Positions 10,801 through 20,500 of a stretch of DNA of 64,000 bases are shown piece after piece. The DNA is from a virus. Its lineage: Duplodnaviria; Caudoviricetes. The stretch lies in the IMG/VR virus record IMGVR_UViG_3300031555_001519, positions 64,001-128,000 of that record. One strand, given 5' to 3'. Under the pieces are notes generated by a model. The model saw only the letters and a list, made by a program, of their open reading frames with translations, ran no database searches and was not told where the DNA came from. The position numbers were made by a program, and so were the translations under genes. How positions within the stretch are numbered: the stretch's first letter is position 1; each line of letters opens with the position of its first letter.

Positions 10801-11765
10801 GCAAGCTGTTCGATATTTGAAACGTCAATAAAGTCTGTTGTGAATTGGTCTGCATTTCCATAAGCATTACCCGTTGAAGTTCCCAATCCCGTCTCTAAAC
10901 TGCAAGTATCTTTATTAAACAACTGATTTCCTGCTGTAGTAAACTGCTGACTTTCTCCACCTATTGATTCTATTCTAATTAACCCATCTTTACTTCCTTC
11001 AAGAGTAGTCTCTGTTGTAGTAATAGAAATACCGCTACCAAGCATTAAATCTTTACAATTTTCTGCCATTTCATTTGCTCTGTCAGTAGCTTCTTCTGCA
11101 TTTGCAATAGCAGTAGCAGTATCAAGTTGTCTTTTTGATTCTGCTGTTTGTCTTGTAGTTTCATTTGTTTTACGAGTGTTTTCATTAGCAACTCGAACAT
11201 TCTCAGCAGAAGCCCTGTTAGATTCAGCTAATACACGAAATTCTTCTGCGACAACTCTACCTGCTTCAGCAGTAGTAACACTTTCTTCAAGTTCATTTAT
11301 TCTTTCAATTGCTTCGTCCGCAGCATTTACATCACTTTCTATCTTTAACAAAGCATCAGTCAAAGCACTAAACTCATCAGATGCAATAATTTTATCATCA
11401 GGATAAACACTGCCAACAATGATTACGGTTAAAATCATGGTAGATATAGATCTTTGTGTAGATGAATCTAAAAACTGTATTTCTAATTTACCAGTTCCAC
11501 TAGCATAAACCATACTTTCAGAAAAGGTAACTAATACCGTGCCATCCTCTTTGATAGTAGCAGTGTCATATATTGCTCTGTCATCTGGTGTATTCATTTT
11601 CACATTACATTGTAGAGTAGAAGAGTTTAATTTATAAAAAGCTCCATTATCAGTACATGTAATAATTAGATTACGACTATCTTTATCATATTGTTTAACC
11701 GTGACTGTTTTATAATCATTTTGGCAAAAATCTAATGTAATCTTTTGTGTTTGCATTCTTTTCAC
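7848..11765 (-). CDS. BppU-like baseplate / receptor-binding tail fibre with a duplicated ~500-aa module
   Basis: N-terminal VKQYDKDSRNL (BppU/DUF2479-like), AE..R heptad coil, and two copies of GGESQQ..GKNL..YEPYTGG..PNPSYPQEIKKTVVSEIRT..LPxADQIALNSL. Confidence 0.8.
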   Translation of the reverse strand: MKRMQTQKITLDFCQNDYKTVTVKQYDKDSRNLIITCTDNGAFYKLNSSTLQCNVKMNTPDDRAIYDTATIKEDGTVLVTFSESMVYASGTGKLEIQFLDSSTQRSISTMILTVIIVGSVYPDDKIIASDEFSALTDALLKIESDVNAADEAIERINELEESVTTAEAGRVVAEEFRVLAESNRASAENVRVANENTRKTNETTRQTAESKRQLDTATAIANAEEATDRANEMAENCKDLMLGSGISITTTETTLEGSKDGLIRIESIGGESQQFTTAGNQLFNKDTCSLETGLGTSTGNAYGNADQFTTDFIDVSNIEQLAFNGKSVSSGTFCVFYDSNKAFISSLSSNSGTITVPSGAHYVRMPIANEFLDKLMINAGTTVLPYEPYTGGIASPNPSYPQEIKKTVVSEIRTHGKNLLKNVATTKTVNGVTFTMNSDGSVTLNGTATSNGDCYLTTGKWGNTDNILGAIGSFILTGTGTKDLHVYAGYGNGALCSLSGGNIEAPFNAQNGVSFVFLRILSGVTYSNFTYYPMIRKADVEDATYEPYTESVTTLSQPIELYGRREFKDVIVQKDGVWGVERNMAVANQNSFPVPTKNTDDGFWIVSGSFANGSNALSKTMVNAYKYLMCDSLLVVPQTSETTSGDAVVSYYGHTGYAEVRPRLRVDKYSAEEVKAICDSATFCYPCKPTFEALPIADQIALNSLKSFDTITYISTDSEIKPIITTEYGTSKTSAHAVEALNKADNAEIEISEMKPIVEELKIPNITSTTETTMPNSYDGRLKVEEIVGGESQQNTTSGKNLLNVTFGYSITKNGVTCTIDNNGIVTLDGTATADGIFLTHEILTTTANKRYNLEVLYVGGSVGKGSSNNAPSVANQDGSNGWQGYNVELNNSSAINSYKFGIDLNMKDAHGIYVYAGNVFNNYKFRMMFLQTDSTILDDVYEPYTGGIPAPNPSYPQEIKKTVVSEIRTRKNNMFDVSKFKTNQYISGDGSVVANGAWGASDYMMVKSPSVTISHKDAQWFQLVIAEYDSKKNFIRNTSKQGFLPTVTQELSKNTSYIRISYSVDVGSGVITREEVMINEGTTALPYEPYTESVVTLSQPIELYGIGDVQDVIEGGKVKRKFEYLRATGNNVEFITPYAETGNAISINKVGKIDGKCISNRFIGVSFNDRVKDVNSFRCYVDSYSGNIIFRVPKSENDNFTSKGDTVNFFDNNEVCVLYELATPTTEELPLADQIALNSLSTYDGITYLEFDSEIEPTFKGEYGTSKIGGYTLEGMLAGRNGELYGKNYVDRLAALEAAIVNNI
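8855..10577. repeat. 55-bp identical direct repeat (8855-8909, 10523-10577) plus other near-identical blocks within the RBP gene
   Basis: gtgtcctaatctcactcaccacagttttcttgatttcctgcggatatgatggatt occurs twice; a further near-identical block at ~8458-8506 / ~10088-10135. Confidence 0.85.
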
Positions 11766-11790
11766 CTCATTTAAAATAATTTAAAAGAGT

Positions 11791-11991
11791 CTACTCTTCA
11801 GTAGACTCTTGTAAACTTTGTAAATATTGTTCTTTTTCTCTAGTTGAAACATTGATGCTTAATTGATTAACTTCAGTGTAAATATCCTTAAGCATCATCT
11901 CTATAATAAAAGGTGGGAGATTACTCTCATTAATCGTTTTTATTAAAGATTGTCTTGTTTCATCAACAACCATTGTAATTGGTTTTTCCAT
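11791..11991 (-). CDS. Hypothetical tail-region protein
   Basis: 66-aa ORF with RBS, in operon. Confidence 0.6.
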   Translation of the reverse strand: MEKPITMVVDETRQSLIKTINESNLPPFIIEMMLKDIYTEVNQLSINVSTREKEQYLQSLQESTEE

Positions 11992-12012
11992 ATCCCTTTT
12001 CTCCTTTGTTTT

Positions 12013-12210
12013 TTATTCTGGTATTTTTGTATTTATAAAATTATATAATACATCAATCGCACTCAATGCTTCTGAATCCAATACCACAATTTCAGAACGC
12101 TTATTCTGTGTAACAATATTGCCACCTTCATCAATAAGAGAATAAGTAAAAGCTATTTGTTGTCCATTAGCAGTTTGATGTATTGTCATTGAAGTTATTT
12201 TTTTTACCAT
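12013..12210 (-). CDS. Hypothetical tail-region protein
   Basis: 65-aa ORF overlapping the stop of the upstream gene. Confidence 0.6.
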   Translation of the reverse strand: MVKKITSMTIHQTANGQQIAFTYSLIDEGGNIVTQNKRSEIVVLDSEALSAIDVLYNFINTKIPE

Positions 12211-15200
12211 TCTATTTCTCCTTCATCTTTTGGCTTTTCGCTTATATTAATTTGTTCCATACGAACAGCAGAGTAATTTTTCTGTTTAGAACATATCATC
12301 CAATCAAATGATGCACCAGCTTCACCATGTACTGTAAAGCTATCATATTCTTTTGTAACATATACCTGAGCAGAAGAACTTGTTATAAAGACTTGATATT
12401 CACTATTCATATCAATTGTTTCTGCAAATATAGGGTCAATAAAAATAGTAGTAGAACCTATTTCTGAAATAGTTCCACTACCAATATCTGCAAAATATGG
12501 TTCTGGTGTTTCAAATGCATTCATTCCGACCTTTCCATAATGTTCTGTATCAACAACTCTATGTTTTGTACCAGAACATCCTATATCACCGAACACATAT
12601 AAACCGGAACCACCACCAACATATACACCATTATCACCACTACCATATGTTCCAACATAAAAGCTTGCGAATTTAGATATGTCTGTTTCTGTATTAGATG
12701 GCATCAAATTTATGTCAGTACAATGCATGGTGTTGAAAAACCTCGAAGCACCTCTGAAAAGATGTCTTTCAGTACAACCATTCGGATTCACGCCAAAGTT
12801 CATATAATAATATATATCTGCTGTATCTTCTTCAGTTTTATGAACTTGACCAAGTCCAACACAATTACCATTTGTTATCATAGCAATTCCAGCATTAAGA
12901 TTATTGACTGTAGGATAAGTACCATCTCCACCTATTATACTCAAATGCCCAACTTCTAACCAACCATTCTCTGTTGTTTCAGGATTGGTCAGACCCCACG
13001 TAGAAAACCATAATCTTGCACTGCGAAGAGATGCAAGATAAGGATAACCATCATTTGCGATACCTTCACAAGAAATAGTACCATTAATAGTCGCTTCACC
13101 TTTCGAATCAACTTTAAATTTATCACTTATATTGATAGAACCACCAATAATCTTCTTACCAGTAATAGTAGTACCAGTAATATTCTCAGCAGCAACGCTT
13201 CCGGCAGTAATTTTTAAAGCATTAAGCTTTTCAACATTAAGTACACCATCAACATCAATCTTATTTGCAGAAATAGTAATAGTTTCAGCAGTCTGATTAA
13301 TTTTAGATATTACTTCATCATTACCAACCTTTTTAGATACTTCTAAATTGATTGCTTGAGCAGAAAGTTGAATAGCACTGTTCATCTGAGTGGTAGTGGA
13401 ATAACTTTTCAGCTTTTCAGTAGTATCTGCTTTTGCATTTGACTCTGCTTGATTTGCTTTAGTTGTTGCATCATTAGCACTTGTTTTAAGCACATCATCT
13501 TTAGTGGTTTCTAACTCTTGTTTAGTACTATATGTCTTACTAACTGAAAGATTTATTTCATCTGCTTTAGCTGTAATAGCACTATTCATTTGGGTAGTAG
13601 TAGAATAACTCTTAAGTTTTTCATCTGTATTAGCTTTTGCATTTGATTCAGCAGTGTCAACATAATTCTTATTAGCATAATTGGCATCGTTTTCAAATGC
13701 AGATATCTTGGTAGGAGCATTTGTAATATCTTGCCATGTCATACTAACACCACTAAATACAAGATCTGAACCATCATAAGTTATTTTCCCACCAGCAAAC
13801 GAAAACGTACCATCATTTAAGTTGATATGTGTTCCAGAAGTGGGAGAGTAGTTCTCTGAATAGATCTCTCCTCCAATTATTTGACCACCATGTATGTAGG
13901 GGGAATTTAAAAACTTTGCAGATAAACCATAACCGGTATCTTTTATGAGAACCCCATCAACATACTTATAATAGCTATGTTTTCCTAATCCTAAAGTTAC
14001 TGATTTCCAATTATCATCAGTAAATGCTAAAATGTTATGCGTAATTCTTAGTTGCTCAGAACTAAAATCATCTGCTATATCATCGTAACTTCTAGACAAG
14101 ATACCATTATTGTCAAATGTAATATCACCTCTAACATTGTTTTTTATATTAATAAGAGCTGAATTTAATCCATCTGATTCAAAATTTTTCAATGTGTTTT
14201 GAGCAGAGCTTCCGTGAGAAGCTTGTTTGGACACATATTGATAAGTTGTAGCCATTGACTGAGCAGAATCTAAGATACTCTTAAAATCAACAATTCCAGA
14301 TGAAACCTTGGTCATATCTGAAAACTCAGTATTAATAGATGAAAGGCTTTTTCCATTAATTTCATAAGATATTAATCTTAATCTATAAATGCTATCATCA
14401 ACCTTACATCTAATCCAGTTGCCCAAATAAAATTTATCCTTTATTGGGGCAAATTCTTCCATTGCCAGAAGATTGTATAAATTAGATGATATACTATGCT
14501 GATGTTCGCCTGATTTAACTATTTCTTGTTTGGCAAGCTCTATAAACTCTAAAGCGTTTACAAAAATTTCTGCATTATCTAATCCATCTGAAATGAAATT
14601 GTCGTTTTGATATGTATCTTCTCGACGATAAGAACAGAAGAGAGTGTATAATTCTTCACCTAAATACTTTTCAAAATTTAGAACACTTTGAATCTCATTT
14701 CTTTGTTTAATCAGTTCTGTTTCTCTGTTTTCATATTCTTCAATAGTAATAGCACGAACATACATTTCATCTTGACATGCTGTGAGTTTATAATAGTATG
14801 GAAGATAGAACTCGTTATAATATTTTGCATCTGTGCCAGATTGGTTTTCTTCAATAAGAATATTAAGAACACCTTGAATTGCATCAGCAAAAGATTCTAG
14901 TCTATTATAACAATAATAAGTAAGAGCTTCTTTAAATGTATCTAAATTTGTAATAGATAAAACATCATATAAGCTCTCATCATCACTATCATTACTTGCA
15001 ATATTCTTTTGAATTTTTTGTACAAGGTAATAATTGTAATCATCAGTAACTTTAATAGTAATTATATCTGAATATGCAATGTCTTCTTCATCAGAGTAAT
15101 TTGTAACTTTGAATCTACCAGTCCAGGTACCGTAATTATATCCTTCTGCATCTTTTCCGACATATACAAAATTCCCGGTATCTACTTCAACTTTTACAAA

Positions 15201-16394
15201 ACCGGTTTTAACAAATATACTGGCAAGATTCTTCAAAGCGCTATTAACAGTAGCAGTAGAAGTGTATGAGGTAACAGTGGTAAGACCAATGGGACTCATG
15301 TTTTCTTCTGTTAATTTAGCGGCCTCTGTACTTGCGGTCACTTCTGCAATTTCGATGGTAGGCATCATTTCAGAACGATAATATATTTCGTTATCTATAC
15401 AATCGTAGAGTTCTTCAGAAATAAATTGGTATTCTTCCGAATATAACTCTATTAATTCATCGTATGATTCAATTTTTTCAACAAGTTCTTTTGGCATTCC
15501 TAGCTTTTGCTCTTGTGAAAAATAATACCAATAAGCAGAACCATTAGGATTACAAGCTATAACAGCAGCCGTCATGTTATCGTCTCCAGCTACAAGTCTA
15601 AAACAGTTCTTAACACTATCTACATCTGTTTCAAAAGTAATTTCATCAGTAAGATTGTCTGTGCTAACAAGAATAGTAGTATCTTCTCCATAATATTTTA
15701 ATTTTGTACTATTGCATTTAGGACATGTATCATTAAATTCCCCTCTATGTCCACAATCTACACATACTGTATAAAGGTCGTATACAGAGATGCTACGATC
15801 AATCGAATCAAACTGAAATAAACAATTAAATTGTTCGGCACAATCACCAACAAGAAAATCATAAATACTTGCATTATCTATAGAAAAAGTTCTTTGTATA
15901 TTTACTAAAGAAGCATCTACATGTTTTATATAATAATGAGGAACCTTTTCAAGAACTCTATGTAATAAAGAACCTTTTGGATTATCCGGATTATAAAATT
16001 TAGTAATAACATAATCTTCTCTTGCAATATCGCTTTCGGAGTTGATTTCTACATCTCTTAATAAAGTCTGTGATAACTCTGCCTCACACAAAGATGTTCC
16101 GGTAACCTTTTTTATTAAATTGGACGACTCTGATATATTTACATAAATTTCAAAATATTCATCCAATTCTTTAATCCATACTAATCTAAAATCAGTAATA
16201 TCATTCCATAATCGTTCTTTTCTACCATCGGCTTCTTTATAAATAGTAAAAGATATTTCATTAGCAGAATTAAAATTTGCTTTATACACAAAATCTTCTA
16301 TATTTATAATCTGTCCTTTATGAAAATGGCTCCTATCAGATAATACAACAGTAAAATCTTCTAAGGTACCGTTATTAAAATCAATATTTATCAT
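12204..16394 (-). CDS. Tal-like tail tip/spike protein with C-terminal intramolecular chaperone-like domain
   Basis: Follows Dit. Contains a CxxC..CPKC motif, YSTTTQMNSAI repeats and C-terminal SGTKHRVVDT..FETPEPYFADIG. Confidence 0.75.
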   Translation of the reverse strand: MINIDFNNGTLEDFTVVLSDRSHFHKGQIINIEDFVYKANFNSANEISFTIYKEADGRKERLWNDITDFRLVWIKELDEYFEIYVNISESSNLIKKVTGTSLCEAELSQTLLRDVEINSESDIAREDYVITKFYNPDNPKGSLLHRVLEKVPHYYIKHVDASLVNIQRTFSIDNASIYDFLVGDCAEQFNCLFQFDSIDRSISVYDLYTVCVDCGHRGEFNDTCPKCNSTKLKYYGEDTTILVSTDNLTDEITFETDVDSVKNCFRLVAGDDNMTAAVIACNPNGSAYWYYFSQEQKLGMPKELVEKIESYDELIELYSEEYQFISEELYDCIDNEIYYRSEMMPTIEIAEVTASTEAAKLTEENMSPIGLTTVTSYTSTATVNSALKNLASIFVKTGFVKVEVDTGNFVYVGKDAEGYNYGTWTGRFKVTNYSDEEDIAYSDIITIKVTDDYNYYLVQKIQKNIASNDSDDESLYDVLSITNLDTFKEALTYYCYNRLESFADAIQGVLNILIEENQSGTDAKYYNEFYLPYYYKLTACQDEMYVRAITIEEYENRETELIKQRNEIQSVLNFEKYLGEELYTLFCSYRREDTYQNDNFISDGLDNAEIFVNALEFIELAKQEIVKSGEHQHSISSNLYNLLAMEEFAPIKDKFYLGNWIRCKVDDSIYRLRLISYEINGKSLSSINTEFSDMTKVSSGIVDFKSILDSAQSMATTYQYVSKQASHGSSAQNTLKNFESDGLNSALINIKNNVRGDITFDNNGILSRSYDDIADDFSSEQLRITHNILAFTDDNWKSVTLGLGKHSYYKYVDGVLIKDTGYGLSAKFLNSPYIHGGQIIGGEIYSENYSPTSGTHINLNDGTFSFAGGKITYDGSDLVFSGVSMTWQDITNAPTKISAFENDANYANKNYVDTAESNAKANTDEKLKSYSTTTQMNSAITAKADEINLSVSKTYSTKQELETTKDDVLKTSANDATTKANQAESNAKADTTEKLKSYSTTTQMNSAIQLSAQAINLEVSKKVGNDEVISKINQTAETITISANKIDVDGVLNVEKLNALKITAGSVAAENITGTTITGKKIIGGSINISDKFKVDSKGEATINGTISCEGIANDGYPYLASLRSARLWFSTWGLTNPETTENGWLEVGHLSIIGGDGTYPTVNNLNAGIAMITNGNCVGLGQVHKTEEDTADIYYYMNFGVNPNGCTERHLFRGASRFFNTMHCTDINLMPSNTETDISKFASFYVGTYGSGDNGVYVGGGSGLYVFGDIGCSGTKHRVVDTEHYGKVGMNAFETPEPYFADIGSGTISEIGSTTIFIDPIFAETIDMNSEYQVFITSSSAQVYVTKEYDSFTVHGEAGASFDWMICSKQKNYSAVRMEQINISEKPKDEGEIEW

Positions 16395-17206
16395 ACAATA
16401 ACACCAGCCTTTCTAACGAAAGAGTATGTTATTGCAATTTCGCAAGGAAGAGATACTGTAAAAACATTTTCATTAGTGTTTTCATTTACAACAAATCTAG
16501 GATAGCTATAATTAAAATCATTACTTAATGTTGTTCTGTCTAAGCTGCTTCGAATAATTTTATTATAACAATCTAAGGTAATAACCTCTCCATTGGTACA
16601 ATTCTTTATTGTGACTATATTGTTATCAATATTATTTGACATTGAAAAATCGCCACTACTTTTACATGTAATAACGAATTTGGTTGGATATAAATAGCCA
16701 TATTCATCAGAGTTATTAAAAAATGTAAAAGTATTGTTATTATCATCTATTTTAATATCAAGCTCTCTTTCATTTTCATAACCGAAAGGAGAATTAGAAG
16801 TAAAGTTCAATGTAAAACCAATAACTTTACCTCCGATGTAAATAGCGGTTACATTAAAAGAGCCTTTAAAGTAAATTTCAGAATAAGAATTGTCGTCATA
16901 AATTGGACGAAATTTCTCATAGCTCTTTTTATTGAGCCAACGCATTATGTAGGAAATTTCATTATCATTATAAAAATTCATGATACCATCACAAGGGTTT
17001 TTACAAATATCAAATGTAATAGTAATAGGTTCCGCATAATCAACCTTTACAATTCTATTAATATAAGTAGAAGAGTTCTTTAATGTTTCAAATGTTAAAT
17101 TGCTACCAAGTGAAACACTGTCAGAGTCTGATGTGTTTAAATTAGTAATAATACATCCACAATCCGACAAACGCTTGCCGGCATATGAAAAATCAACCAT
17201 ATGCAT
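16391..17206 (-). CDS. Distal tail protein (Dit)
   Basis: Position after TMP; DFSYAGKRLSD..RWL..F..NSPFGY pattern. Confidence 0.75.
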   Translation of the reverse strand: MHMVDFSYAGKRLSDCGCIITNLNTSDSDSVSLGSNLTFETLKNSSTYINRIVKVDYAEPITITFDICKNPCDGIMNFYNDNEISYIMRWLNKKSYEKFRPIYDDNSYSEIYFKGSFNVTAIYIGGKVIGFTLNFTSNSPFGYENERELDIKIDDNNNTFTFFNNSDEYGYLYPTKFVITCKSSGDFSMSNNIDNNIVTIKNCTNGEVITLDCYNKIIRSSLDRTTLSNDFNYSYPRFVVNENTNENVFTVSLPCEIAITYSFVRKAGVIV

Positions 17207-17224
17207 ATGAATTCTTCTCCTTTC

Positions 17225-17512
17225 TTAAGTATTCTTTCTTACCGTTTTGAGTAAGTTTTCCATTTCTTTTTTATATTTCTTTTTTTGTTCAACCATAACC
17301 TGAGTCGCTTGAAGATATTTTTCTCTGGCCTCGTTTAAAGAAGTAAGACATTTTAAATGTTCTTCATGATATATTTTTGCAGACTCGATTATTTGCTTAT
17401 TATCATCCACTATTTTCTCCAGTTCTTTAATTCGTTCCGAGAGAGAGGAGTTTTCTTGCTGGAGATCGTGAATGATTTTTCTTTGGATTTCAATTTTTTT
17501 ATCTTTATTCAT
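17225..17512 (-). CDS. Hypothetical coiled-coil protein
   Basis: ORF with GGAG RBS before ATG at 17512. Confidence 0.55.
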   Translation of the reverse strand: MNKDKKIEIQRKIIHDLQQENSSLSERIKELEKIVDDNKQIIESAKIYHEEHLKCLTSLNEAREKYLQATQVMVEQKKKYKKEMENLLKTVRKNT

Positions 17513-17532
17513 GTACATCTCTCCAATTAAAT

Positions 17533-17560
17533 AGAGTTGCAGCTTTGACACTGCAACTCC
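17533..17560 (-). terminator. Terminator-like hairpin after exon 3A
   Basis: GGAGTTGCA-GTGTCAAAGC-TGCAACTCT followed by ATTT, immediately after the exon 3A stop codon. Confidence 0.5.
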
Positions 17561-17565
17561 ATAAT

Positions 17566-20500
17566 TTAATATTTATTTCTTAATAAGCTATTTTTACCAA
17601 TAGACTCATCAATAGTAACTGCCTGAATAAGTTTTCTGCATTGTGAATCTGATTTAATTGCTGTTTTAAGAGCATTTACAAAACCAGGCACATCAGAAAC
17701 ATTATCCATATTAATGGTCATGCTGATATTGTTATTTACATTAGCATTTGCATTTGAAGATAAAGCAGGTGTATTACTAATACCACTAAATAATTGTTCA
17801 TTCAGTGGAATAGTAGTATTTCTTAATATATTAGCAGTATCTTCCGCATTAAGTACAGTTTCTCCACCTTGGAATGGATAAAGCTGTGCTCCGGATGCAA
17901 GTAGAATCGAGCCATCTTTAGCAATCATGATTTCAGAGCCATTTTCACCAAAGATACCCAAACCACGTTTAGCATTCTTTGTACCAGAAGCATAATAATG
18001 TAGATAACTAGGTGTAGTAATCTGTCTAGTTAATTGAGCACCGTATCCCATTCTAACACTATTCGCAATATTACTAGCATCGGGGCTATTTTCTTTCCCC
18101 TTTAATGCTTTTTTGATTTCATCTTGGACACGTCTTTCAACTTCTGCATTAGCAGCATTTCTTGCTTGTGTTTCTGATGTATAACCGCTACCAATAGTAT
18201 CATTACCAATTTTAGCCTTATATCTCGTTACTGGCTTTTTAGGCTCAGGTTCAGGAGCTGGAGTTGGATCGGGTTGAGGTGTAGGTTGAGTATTATTAGA
18301 TGGAACGTTGTTAGTAGTAGGTGCAGGAACAGTATTTGTAGGTTGGTTATTAACTACATTAGTTTGTTCTTTTGCAATACTATTGGCATTGTTTGTTGCG
18401 GTTTTATTAATCGCAGCGATTACATTGGCCATTTCATCTTTAATACTCATCAATGTATTATTAACAGTGGTTGTACCATTCACAATAGAATCTGATATAT
18501 TGCCATTGTCAATATCAGTCAAAGTACTATTGAGTAATGTCATACCATCAGACATTGTGGTACTAACAATTTTTCCGTTCTCATCAATGTAAGCACCAAT
18601 GCTCAATCCTACTTGGTTAATGTTATCGTTGATAACTCGTCCATTTTCATCCAGATGATAACCAAATTTAGAATCAATATTACTGATACTATCGCTTATG
18701 ATACGCCCATTATTGTCAACATAAGTTCCTATAAGTTGACCAGTTTCATCTACATGTAAACTAATAACACGACCATTCTCATCAATATAAGAACCTACAA
18801 GATTACCGTTCTCATCAATCTTTAAATTGGTTTGATTAGCTATATAACCAAGTTCTGCTGTAGCAGCATTGATATCTCCATCAACGGTTTGTAAAATACC
18901 ATACAGAACATCACCATAAACACCGACAATATTCTTAACACCATTGAAACCTGAATCATTACGACTCCAAATTGCTTCCATCTTAGAAGATAATTCATAA
19001 CCAAAAGCACTAGATGCTTCGTATATAGTATCACTGATAATTCCAGCATTGTTATTAGTAGCAACAACTGCTTCAGCAATTAATCCGTCTATATTATCAA
19101 GTCTAGTATTAATCCATTCTTCAGTCTGGTTATATAAATTATCAAGCATTAATTCTTGGTCACTTAACCACTTATCGTATTCAGTTTCCTGAAGGTCTTT
19201 TTCTGCCTCAGATAAACTTAACTGTAACTTCTGAATAGTGGACTTAGCTTCCTCAGAATTGTCTCCGGCATATGCTTGAAGTTGCTTTTGATAATTCTTA
19301 ATAGTATCTGTCTTTTCTCTGATTGTGTTCTGATAATTATATAAATCCTTCTCGGCCTGCAATGCTTCTTTACGCTTATCAATAAGTTCTTGTAAAGAAT
19401 TAAGCATCTTATCATAACCATCAGAAATCAAATCTAAAATAGCTTCCTTCTCTGACATGGCGTTAGAAATAACGTCTTGCTGTAAATCAAGCAATTCATT
19501 ACGTCTATCAATAAGTTCTGTATCATATGGATCTTTTGCCATTTCTTCCTCAATTTTAGAGATTTCTTTGGCATATGCTGCAGCTTGTTCCATATACACG
19601 TTATAATTAACTGCGTGTAAACCTTGTACAGCCAACCCATTGTTTGTGATTTTACCACCTTCAGTATATAAATCGTAACCGTTGAGTATATCAATCAAAA
19701 ATTCAGCTTCATCTGTAATGTCAGTAGTATATTCCTGAATACGATTAAAAGCATCCCAATTAAGTTGTTGTAATGTTTGATTGAACTCTATCAGTTGAGT
19801 GTTGGCATCTTGAATTGCTTTTTCTACATCGTTAATAGAACCAAGCATTTCGTACCAATCTTCAGAATACTTTTCGATAGAACCATTCTTAGCGGCCTCA
19901 TCAAAAGCAGACAGAAGAGAAGAGTATTCATTTTGTAACAGAGATATATTTTCTTGTTGCTTTTCTGACATAGCTCTATAATACGCTTCACTTGCCATAT
20001 ATCCAGCAGCTTCAGACTGAGATACGAATCCTTCAAGCATAGATATGTTATGCGCAATAAGAGAAATCTGGCTATCATATTGCCCTGAAATGTTATTGAA
20101 TTTCGTCATTGCAAGTTCTGCCAAATTTGCACGTAAATCTTCAATGGCATCAGAACAATCAAGCGCTTTATTATACCATTCTTCATATTCTTGAATTTGC
20201 TCTTTTAACTTCTCGTCAGTAATTTCACTTATGTTATAAGCACCACTACGAACAAGTTCCTTATAACCTTCTGCTAAAGGAATACTATTAGCCTTTGCCA
20301 TATATGCATTATAAGCAGTCATTTGAGCAGAAATCTCTTTATTTACTTCGCCCATTTCCTGTGCAAGAGCATTATTACGTGTAGACCAATTACGATAAGT
20401 AGCAGATACTACTTTACCAAGATTGGTAATGTTACGTTGGATGCGAGAGATGAGCGTTTCAATCCAGTCGAAAGTCTCTTTGGTGGATTTAGTTCCGGAG

